From positions 21,413 through 85,412 of IMG/VR virus record IMGVR_UViG_3300015202_000003: a stretch of DNA of 64,000 nt; one strand, written 5' to 3'. This stretch comes from a virus. Made by a program: the position numbers and the translations under genes. Positions 47,424 to 55,151 of this stretch are shown piece after piece; the first letter of the stretch is position 1; each line of letters begins with the position of its first letter. The notes beneath the pieces were generated by a model. The model was not told where the DNA came from and made no database searches. It worked only from the letters and a program-made list of their open reading frames with translations.

Positions 47424-47720
47424 ATGGATTTTATACCTGTTGAATCTTCTCCTTCTAATGTTGTCTCTGTTACTCCTTTTGACAACCCTGTAATTCTTCC
47501 TCCTGTCATTCTTTCTAATGATACGATTTATAATTTTACGAAGTTGAATGTAGAATTTAAAACTCCGATTGAATTTAACCTTATAAATTTTAATTTTAAT
47601 ATGTCGGGTGAGATTAGGTTTAATATAACGAATCCACAAAACGGAATTAGCATAGATGCCCCTGTAATTTCTAACGTTTCTTTTTCCCCTACAATTACAA
47701 CACCTGTTTCTAATTTATAG
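47424..47720 (+). CDS. Small beta-rich protein starting with an FN3 G-strand-like segment
   Basis: MDFIPVESSPSNVVSVTP; continues the truncated FN3 of 46256-47386. Confidence 0.65.
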   Translation: MDFIPVESSPSNVVSVTPFDNPVILPPVILSNDTIYNFTKLNVEFKTPIEFNLINFNFNMSGEIRFNITNPQNGISIDAPVISNVSFSPTITTPVSNL

Positions 47721-47769
47721 GAAGTGGGGATAAAAAAGACGGGGGTCAAAATTAGTTTTAAAAAAGAGT

Positions 47770-47806
47770 AAAAAACCTTTTAGATTAAATTTCTAAAAGG
47801 TTTTTT
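47770..47806 (+). terminator. Terminator
   Basis: aaaaaaccttttaga / tctaaaaggtttttt. Confidence 0.8.
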
Positions 47807-47816
47807 CGTTATAAGT

Positions 47817-47845
47817 TTGACTTTTAATGTCTAATATCTTAAAAT
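47817..47845 (+). promoter_or_regulatory. Sigma70-like promoter
   Basis: TTGACT-N17-TAAAAT, 9 nt before ATG 47855. Confidence 0.55.
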
Positions 47846-47854
47846 TAAATTACT

Positions 47855-48766
47855 ATGAGATTAAAAGATTTTATGAGTCAGCCTTCTGAAACGGTTGAAC
47901 TTTTGTCCTGTGCTTTAGTTGGAACGGAAATAAAAATAAAAAGGGATGGTGATCCTTATTTATCTCTTTATTTAAAAGATTTTTCGGGTAGTTTAGAAGT
48001 TCCTGTTTGGGATGAGCTTGATTACAAAAACTATTTAAATTTTTCTTTTCCTCTAAGTGTGGAAGTAAGCGTAAGAAGTTCGAGTGCCAAAGGTTCGACA
48101 GATCGCAAGAATTACAGATTAACACAGCCGTTAAGGGTTACAGATGTTTCTTTTGAAAATTATATAAAAACGGTAGATTATAAATTTTATTGGAGTAAGA
48201 TAAAAGAAACGATAGACACTTTATCTTCTGATTATAGGGAATTAGTTTTAGCTATTTTACGAGTAGAAGAAGTTAGGAAAGACTTTTTAACTCATCCTGC
48301 GGCTCTCAAACACCATCAAAATTATGAATCTGGTTTAGTTTTTCATACTTCTAATGTTGTTGGTTGGGTAGAAAAATTTTATGATTTCTATACAGAACAG
48401 CAAATAAATTTAAACAGAGACTTGCTTCTTTCTGCCGCAATTTTACATGATGTTTCAAAAACGGTAGAGTATGAAAGGGATGGTTTAGGTTGGACAAGCA
48501 ATGTTTTTTCTATTGAACATCCATTATCTACAATTGCTTGGATTAGAAATTTAAACACAACTTTAAATGATGTTCAATTGAAAGCCTTACAAGATTTAAT
48601 TCTACAACATCACGGCACTTACGGAAATTATGAAATAAATAGTATAGAATCAAACATTTTACATTTTGCGGATAATTTGGATGCAAAGGCGCATTGTCCA
48701 AAAACACCTTCTTTCGGTTTAGATTATGGCTTAGAAAAGAAGAGAATTAGAAAGGAAGAGAATTAG
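47855..48766 (+). CDS. yhaM: YhaM/Cbf1-like 3'-5' exonuclease (OB fold plus HD domain)
   Basis: PYL.L.LKDFSG...W; PAALKHHQ...GL..HT; LLSAAILHDVSK; HHG; LHFADNLDAK. Confidence 0.85.
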   Translation: MRLKDFMSQPSETVELLSCALVGTEIKIKRDGDPYLSLYLKDFSGSLEVPVWDELDYKNYLNFSFPLSVEVSVRSSSAKGSTDRKNYRLTQPLRVTDVSFENYIKTVDYKFYWSKIKETIDTLSSDYRELVLAILRVEEVRKDFLTHPAALKHHQNYESGLVFHTSNVVGWVEKFYDFYTEQQINLNRDLLLSAAILHDVSKTVEYERDGLGWTSNVFSIEHPLSTIAWIRNLNTTLNDVQLKALQDLILQHHGTYGNYEINSIESNILHFADNLDAKAHCPKTPSFGLDYGLEKKRIRKEEN

Positions 48767-48780
48767 AAAAGAAGAGAATT
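48731..48780 (+). repeat. 16-bp tandem repeat x3 across the yhaM stop
   Basis: ttagaaa(a/g)gaagagaa. Confidence 0.8.
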
Positions 48781-48873
48781 ATAATTTTATTTTTAGATTT
48801 CATCTTAAAATTAATAACTCTTTATAGAAAAAAGCTGTTTATTATTTAGTTAGAAACCGTTTATAATATAGCT

Positions 48874-49251
48874 ATGCCATTAAAAGATCAGAAAATTTCA
48901 CAGACAGTATTAGAGAACATAGACAAGGGAGATTGGTTAGAATTTCAAACTCCCAATGGTTTAAAACGTGGACAATGTGTTTCAATAGAAGAGGAAACCC
49001 CAATTTTTAGTTTTTATGTTCGTGAGAATTTAAATTATTATTTTCCGAAATCGGATTTTAGTTTTTGGGTTTTAGTTCCTACAAAAGAGCCTACTTTGTA
49101 TAGGGTTTCTTTGGATTTTATTAAGTTTAAAATTTATAATCCTACTCTTGTTATTCCCGGTTTAAATTTAGCTTCTCGTTTTGAGTTAGACTATTTCCCT
49201 GATATTTTAAAAAGAAAGGTAGTTTCTTTAAGGCGGTCTTTTTCCAATTAG
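48874..49251 (+). CDS. Hypothetical protein
   Basis: ORF track; CGTTTATAAT 6 nt before ATG. Confidence 0.6.
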   Translation: MPLKDQKISQTVLENIDKGDWLEFQTPNGLKRGQCVSIEEETPIFSFYVRENLNYYFPKSDFSFWVLVPTKEPTLYRVSLDFIKFKIYNPTLVIPGLNLASRFELDYFPDILKRKVVSLRRSFSN

Positions 49252-49333
49252 CATTTCAACTTATGTTTTAACAGGGGAAGAACAGGAACTAAAAGATTTT
49301 CTTTCGGCTGTATTTGAACACGGACAAAATTTA

Positions 49334-49708
49334 ATGTTTGAGCAGAAAAGTTTAATTGAAGAGTTAACTTCTTTAAAATTTGAAGAATTAACGTGGGAAG
49401 AGGCGTCCAATCAAAAAACATTGTATTCGGCTCAAACGGAAATAGGAATGGTTTTAGATAGAATTTCTACGTCTCAGACTCGTTTTAATTTTTTAAAGGG
49501 AGAGTATAAACGTTCCAAATTTGAATATCCTACAACTCATTTTCCCAACAAAATGACATACCAAAGTCAGATAGAAAAAGTATTGGATATTTTAGGAGAC
49601 TTAAACAAGTCTTTAACTTCTTTACTAAGTATTTGGGATCGAAAATATAGTCGTTTAAAAAATGTGACTTTCCAACAAAACTTAGACAGATCAAACAAAA
49701 TGTTTTAA
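49334..49708 (+). CDS. Hypothetical helical protein
   Basis: ORF track. Confidence 0.6.
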   Translation: MFEQKSLIEELTSLKFEELTWEEASNQKTLYSAQTEIGMVLDRISTSQTRFNFLKGEYKRSKFEYPTTHFPNKMTYQSQIEKVLDILGDLNKSLTSLLSIWDRKYSRLKNVTFQQNLDRSNKMF

Positions 49709-49716
49709 GTAAAAAA

Positions 49717-49977
49717 ATGATTTACGTTATCTTGTCTATTTTTTTATGGGTTTCTTTAAGCCTGTTAAATTCTTTCATTTGTTATAAGAAGAACAGATAT
49801 AAAAAATTATTTTTTTTAGAGGTTTTTATTTTTGGTTTGTTGTGTCCTCTTTTAGCACTTCCATTTTTAATACATGGTCTTACGGGTTTTGCGTTATATT
49901 TTTGGATTTTTTCTTATAGTTTTTCTTCTATTGTGGTTTTGTTTTCGATTAAAAAAGAATTAAAAGGTAAAAGTTAA
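49717..49977 (+). CDS. Three-TM membrane protein
   Basis: Strongly hydrophobic sequence. Confidence 0.6.
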   Translation: MIYVILSIFLWVSLSLLNSFICYKKNRYKKLFFLEVFIFGLLCPLLALPFLIHGLTGFALYFWIFSYSFSSIVVLFSIKKELKGKS

Positions 49978-49978
49978 A

Positions 49979-50629
49979 ATGAATTTTTCACAGGCGTTAG
50001 AAATCAGTAAGAGTTATCAACTGAATTTTAAAGGTTCGGAATTAACCGAAACCCAACAAAGAATTTTAAAAGAGTTTAAATTTGATGCGAAGCCTTTTGT
50101 TCGTAAATTTTATTTGTTACAAAACGAAACTTTTGAGAATTTTCTTCTTCAATTAGACACTTTGGAAAACTCTTTGTTAAAATATTGGTTTTATTTAATT
50201 AAGCCCAGATTTTATTCTTTAAGTGTTGGCGACATGAGCAGGGTTTACGATTATTTTGTTGACCCTGTTAATTTTTTTACCCCTAAAACAAACGATATTT
50301 TTTCTTCTAAATCTTTTTTAAATGATACTTCTTTAGAAAAGTGTATTAAGACTTGTGTTGCTTGGGATTACGAGTGTAAGACACTAAGAAAATTTGTTTT
50401 TTCTCATCCAGAAATAAAAGAATCTAAGTATTGGGATTTTGATATTTTTCCTAAAACTGTTAAGTCCAATATTTCTTTTGATGATTTAGCAGAGATAATT
50501 TTTAGATGTAATGAACGTAACGTTTACAAATATAGTGTTTACCCTGAATTTTTAGAGCTTCAAAAACAGGGTTATGAAATTTCGGATATGAGATCAATTA
50601 CTCGCCAAAGATACGGTTTTGAAGATTAA
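49979..50629 (+). CDS. Hypothetical protein
   Basis: ORF track 216 aa. Confidence 0.65.
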   Translation: MNFSQALEISKSYQLNFKGSELTETQQRILKEFKFDAKPFVRKFYLLQNETFENFLLQLDTLENSLLKYWFYLIKPRFYSLSVGDMSRVYDYFVDPVNFFTPKTNDIFSSKSFLNDTSLEKCIKTCVAWDYECKTLRKFVFSHPEIKESKYWDFDIFPKTVKSNISFDDLAEIIFRCNERNVYKYSVYPEFLELQKQGYEISDMRSITRQRYGFED

Positions 50630-50655
50630 CGGCGTGCGTCGTCTAAAAAGCAATA

Positions 50656-50913
50656 ATGGAACCATTAGAGTCTCAAAATCAATCTCTCACGAATCAAGTT
50701 TCAAGTTTAGAATTTGATTTAGATAAAGCCAACAAAGAAATTAAGAAATGGAAAAGGATCGCACAAGCATTTTATAAAGTCCACAAAGAAAAAGAGAGTT
50801 TTATTAAAAACGATTCTAATTATTTATTACAAATTTCTCGCAGATTAAATGATCTTTCTAAAAGTGCGGATGAGATAGTTAAAACACATTCTTTAGATGA
50901 AGAGAATAAATAA
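50656..50913 (+). CDS. Hypothetical coiled-coil protein
   Basis: ORF track. Confidence 0.55.
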   Translation: MEPLESQNQSLTNQVSSLEFDLDKANKEIKKWKRIAQAFYKVHKEKESFIKNDSNYLLQISRRLNDLSKSADEIVKTHSLDEENK

Positions 50914-50980
50914 ATTTAAATTACACAGATAAAACAAAGAACGAAGATTCTAAGTCAAATTTTAATTAAATTAAAATACC

Positions 50981-51379
50981 ATGAAACACGAAAAAGCCAT
51001 TAAAAAATTAGAGCCTTATGTTTTAGAAATAGCTAAAACAATGAATTTAACAAATTGGGATATTTCTCTTTCTGATGAAATATGTGATTACGAATCTTCT
51101 GCAACTTGCACTTGTTTGAATGGGAGAAAAGATGCTTTAATTAGATTAAGCGAAGATTTTTGGGGAGGTTCTTTAGAGGTTCAAAGAGATACAATTGTTC
51201 ACGAACTTCTTCATATTGTTTTGGCTCCCATGCACAATCCTTTAGCAAAAGTTTTATATGATCCCGCTTTAAGCTTTTATATTTCTTCTTTAGAATACGG
51301 CGTAGACGATTTAACAAACATTTTAGCTCCTTTTCTTCCGTTACCTCCTAAAATTAAAAAAGAAAAACATGAGAAATAA
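50981..51379 (+). CDS. Zincin-like metallopeptidase (HExxH)
   Basis: RDTIVHELLHIVL followed by LEYGVD. Confidence 0.6.
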   Translation: MKHEKAIKKLEPYVLEIAKTMNLTNWDISLSDEICDYESSATCTCLNGRKDALIRLSEDFWGGSLEVQRDTIVHELLHIVLAPMHNPLAKVLYDPALSFYISSLEYGVDDLTNILAPFLPLPPKIKKEKHEK

Positions 51380-51516
51380 AATTACGATCTCAGTTGACAA
51401 TTTATTGTTGAATAAAAAACATAGTGGTTTCTTTCAACAAGAAAAGAATGTTTTTCCGAGATAGAAACTATAGTAGATACGATAAACCAAGAATTTAAAT
51501 TAGTTTTTAAAATACC

Positions 51517-51858
51517 ATGTTATTAGATACAAAATTTTTTAAAAGGTCTTCAAATGTGTTTGAGATTTTAATTAGAGAGTTAGAAATTAAAACTCATTAT
51601 TCCCATAAACAATTAAAAGAATTTTTGTTTAAATATATCAAAATTCATCAGGGTTCGGGTTTTACACCTGCACAAATCAAAGATAAATTTGAAGAGTTAG
51701 TTTTAGCTTTAGGGGAAGCGGATAGTTTGAATGTGGAATCTAAACAAGGGGAAGACCCTTTTAGATTTTTCAACTACGCTCTTTTGGATATTTCTCTTTC
51801 TGATAATGTTTTAGAAAATTTAATTTCTCAAATCCCCGTTAAAAAGAAAGTTAAATAA
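51517..51858 (+). CDS. Hypothetical protein
   Basis: ORF track. Confidence 0.6.
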   Translation: MLLDTKFFKRSSNVFEILIRELEIKTHYSHKQLKEFLFKYIKIHQGSGFTPAQIKDKFEELVLALGEADSLNVESKQGEDPFRFFNYALLDISLSDNVLENLISQIPVKKKVK

Positions 51859-51931
51859 ATAAAACTTTGAATCTTCGTTCTTAGTTTTATTTATTTTTTG
51901 TTACACTGTTACAGGTTAAAAAATAATTGCA

Positions 51932-52375
51932 ATGTTAGAAGAAAACAAATATCAACGGTTTGTATCTGTCCTATTATTTGATGGACACGGAGAAGAAGTG
52001 GCTTTACTGAGAAAACAAAGGCCCGATTTTTTAAAAGGTAAGCTAATGCCCATAGGAGGGAAGATAGAGGAGAACGAAACTCCAACTCAAGCTATTTTAA
52101 GAGAGTTGAGAGAAGAGGCTAATTTAAATTTAGAAGAGAAAGATTTAGTTAACTTTGCTTTTTTACGAGGGGATAGTTTCGATATTTCTTTTTATTATAA
52201 CTTCTCAGATTCTATTTTTAGAATAGAATCTTTAACAGATGAGAAAATAGATAGATTTTATGTTACATTTTTAGAAACTTTAGATGTAGGGCCGGATGTT
52301 AGTTGGTTAATCCCAATGGCTCTTTCAATTAAAAATAAAAAAGAGAGCGTAGATTTTTATATTGTTCAGAAGTAA
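51932..52375 (+). CDS. NUDIX hydrolase
   Basis: GGKIEENETPTQAILRELREEANL Nudix box. Confidence 0.9.
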   Translation: MLEENKYQRFVSVLLFDGHGEEVALLRKQRPDFLKGKLMPIGGKIEENETPTQAILRELREEANLNLEEKDLVNFAFLRGDSFDISFYYNFSDSIFRIESLTDEKIDRFYVTFLETLDVGPDVSWLIPMALSIKNKKESVDFYIVQK

Positions 52376-52399
52376 GTTTTAAATTTAAATAAAATTATT

Positions 52400-52600
52400 A
52401 TGCCTCGTTACATTAAAAAACCTTATGTTCCGGCTACACCTGAAGAAAACTTAGCTTTTCGTGCCGAATACAAAGTTCACATGGAATCTCTTTGGACGGC
52501 TTTAGATTCTCAAAAGAAAACATCTCCCTTCTTTTATGATGGGGGTAAAGCCTATCGTTGTGGACAAAGAGTTCATAATAGTTGTGGTTGTCGTTGGTAG
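52400..52600 (+). CDS. Hypothetical protein
   Basis: ORF track. Confidence 0.5.
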   Translation: MPRYIKKPYVPATPEENLAFRAEYKVHMESLWTALDSQKKTSPFFYDGGKAYRCGQRVHNSCGCRW

Positions 52601-52791
52601 GAAATAAAATTAAATTTTATAGCGTAAAACAAGAACGGGCAACGCCCGACTCTCTTTTTAATAAATTAAACGAAGAATTAAATTTTGAGTGGGATTTAGC
52701 GGTTGATGAAAACAATAAGAAATGTTTTTCTTAAAACTATTGTTGAATTAAATTTTACTTTTTATTACAAGTCTGTTAAACTTTTTTTAAC

Positions 52792-53499
52792 ATGACTTAT
52801 TTAGGAGGCAAAGCAAAAATAGCGAAGCAGTTAGTTTCTTTTATGGTAGAAGACATTAAAGGCAAAGAACACAATAATAAGTTTTACGAACCTTTTTTTG
52901 GTTCAGGAGCAATTTCTTTTGAACTAATAAAACAAGGTTATGATTTTGGATTTAATGCCAGTGATTTACAACCGGATTTAATTTGTTTTTTTAAAGCGAT
53001 TCAGAGTGGTTGGGTTCCAAATTTTATAGATGAGAGTGAATATAAAAGATTACGACAAGAAAAAGAACCTTCTCCTGAAAGGGCTTTAGCTGCTTTTTGT
53101 TTGTCTTTTGGAGGTAAATATTTTGGAGGTTATTCGAGAAACTCTGAAAGATATAATTATTTTCAATCGGCATTAAATTCCATTGAGAAGATGAGAGAGC
53201 CGTCTAAAAAAATAAATTTTAATTGTTGCAGTTATTTAGATTTAGAGATAGAAGATAACAGTTTGGTTTATTGCGACATTCCGTATGCTGACACAACGAA
53301 ATATTTTCAGGGAAAATTTGATTCAGAACAATTTTTTGATTGGGCTTATGTTTTAGGTCAGAGATGTAATGTTTATATTTCTGAGTATCAAGCCCCTGAA
53401 AATTTCGAGTGTGTTTTTTCCATTGAAAGAAAATTAAATCTCCGTTCTAAAAACGGTTGTGAGATTAGAGTAGAGAAATTATTTAAACCTATTTATTAA
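52792..53499 (+). CDS. D12-class (Dam-like) N6-adenine DNA methyltransferase
   Basis: YLGGK, EPFFGSGA (SAM binding), SDL..DLI, VYCDIPY (DPPY-type). Confidence 0.9.
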   Translation: MTYLGGKAKIAKQLVSFMVEDIKGKEHNNKFYEPFFGSGAISFELIKQGYDFGFNASDLQPDLICFFKAIQSGWVPNFIDESEYKRLRQEKEPSPERALAAFCLSFGGKYFGGYSRNSERYNYFQSALNSIEKMREPSKKINFNCCSYLDLEIEDNSLVYCDIPYADTTKYFQGKFDSEQFFDWAYVLGQRCNVYISEYQAPENFECVFSIERKLNLRSKNGCEIRVEKLFKPIY

Positions 53500-53697
53500 A
53501 AAATATAAACTAATAACTGTTCTCATAATTTAACCTCTATACACCTACCTCAATCTACGGTATAATTTAATGTGTTGTTTAGAGAGTTGCGGAAATTTAA
53601 TTTTAAACAATTTTTAAAACAATTTTTAAAACAACAAAAAACCTATTTAGGCCCAATTCTCCGGTATGGGGACGGGAACCAAAACAAAAAACACATC

Positions 53698-54441
53698 ATG
53701 TTAGAACACGAAAACACAGAAGCTTCTTACGAAGTTTCAACTGAACTGAAACCCAAGGGCATCATCAATGTTCCCGGTGTTTCTTTTATCAAAACAGGAG
53801 AGAAGGCATCTTCTTTGCTTTTTGAGAAGTTGAAGTTTACCAAAACAAAAGCAAATTTAATTTGTTTAATTGCTCCTGACCCGATGATTGTCAAACTTCA
53901 TTATTTAGAAGATTTGAAAGCGGGTTATGTATTGACTTCTAAAGAGATTGTTGAAGATTACGGCCCTCCAACAATTAAATATGTATATCCTTGTTTTGTT
54001 TATGACACAAACGAAAAAGGTAAAGTAGTTAGCCAAGATTTGAAGTTAAAACTTTTGTCAGTTGGAATTTCAGGATATGAGCCTTTGTGTTCTATTTTCA
54101 ATATGGTAGAAGATAGCGGTAAAGATTTAACTTCTATGGACTTGTTAGTTAATTGCATGGATGAGCAATATCAAAAATTAACTTTCACACAGTCTCAGGG
54201 TCGCGCTTACGAGAAGTTTGAAGATAAGACACAGATTAACGAACTACGGCAGTTTTGGGCAGAGAACGCTCACGAATCTTACAAAACTTTAGCTCGTTCA
54301 CTAAGCCCTGAAGAATATCAGAGGTTGAAAGACGGTTCTTTTTCTTCTTCTAATGATACAAGTTATTCTTCTTCTAATTCCAATAAAAACAATGTATTGG
54401 GTTCAAAAGAAAAAGATTACGAGAAGTTCTTAAATCTTTAA
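53698..54441 (+). CDS. Possible ssDNA-binding protein (gp32-like); ORF track start 53572
   Basis: Y..P..VYDT pattern, DLLVNC..EQYQKLTF, low-complexity tail ending DYEKFL; replication-gene context. Confidence 0.4.
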   Translation: MLEHENTEASYEVSTELKPKGIINVPGVSFIKTGEKASSLLFEKLKFTKTKANLICLIAPDPMIVKLHYLEDLKAGYVLTSKEIVEDYGPPTIKYVYPCFVYDTNEKGKVVSQDLKLKLLSVGISGYEPLCSIFNMVEDSGKDLTSMDLLVNCMDEQYQKLTFTQSQGRAYEKFEDKTQINELRQFWAENAHESYKTLARSLSPEEYQRLKDGSFSSSNDTSYSSSNSNKNNVLGSKEKDYEKFLNL

Positions 54442-54461
54442 ATTAGGTTTAGAGAAAACAC

Positions 54462-54510
54462 AAATAAAAATCCTGATTGAAAATAAAAAAATCAATCAGG
54501 ATTTTTATTT
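54462..54510. terminator. Bidirectional terminator
   Basis: aaataaaaatcctgattga / tcaatcaggatttttattt. Confidence 0.85.
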
Positions 54511-54550
54511 ATGGAAAATGGGCGTAGAAACTCCATGCTTTTCAGGGGCG

Positions 54551-54880
54551 CTACTTTTCCCAACTATCCTTTAACCTTTGTTTTTCAACTTTGTCTTTAT
54601 ATCGTTTTGGAACAGTTATGAACGAATTGCTATAAGTTCATTCCCAACACTCTATTTCTTTGCTAACTTCATCATCCCAGTTAATAGGTGTTTTATGTTC
54701 TAAAATAAAGTGTCTAATCTCATGCAACGCACCCAAGTAACTATCTAAATTTGTAACAGGGGCGATTTCTATTTTTTTAGTTTCGCTGTCATAGTTATTA
54801 AGATCGCAGTTCTTTATCACAATGATAGTAATGTTATAGTTTTAAATTAAAAGACGAATGAGTTCTTTTGCGTCTGTCAT
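54551..54880 (-). pseudogene. Decayed HExxH metallopeptidase-like gene
   Basis: One frame: MTDAKELIRLLI*NYNITIIVIK...GALHEIRH...EIECWE*TYSN...WEK*; internal stops at 54842-54844 and 54638-54640. Confidence 0.6.
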
Positions 54881-55151
54881 GCTAAATAGCACAGCTTAAT
54901 TTGAAAAAAAAAATCAAGAGGAAATGTGCAAAGTTTTGCGAATTTAAAATTCAATCTATTTTTTTACATTTTTATTATCTTTTAGTCAAGAAAAAAATAA
55001 TCTGTCCAAACCTCTTAAAAACTGCGATTTCCCCTTTCTTTTTGGTTGAGGATTAAATAGAATTTACTACCCGTTCAGAACGAGTTTCTAATTTCAAGGG
55101 TTTAGACGACAATCGAAAAATTAATTGTCGGTAGTTTTTAAGTTTTATATT

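Noticed and set aside
53572-53697. N-terminal extension of the SSB-like ORF
   Set aside because: It contains a 12-bp tandem repeat and low-complexity sequence typical of intergenic DNA; ATG 53698 has a better start context.
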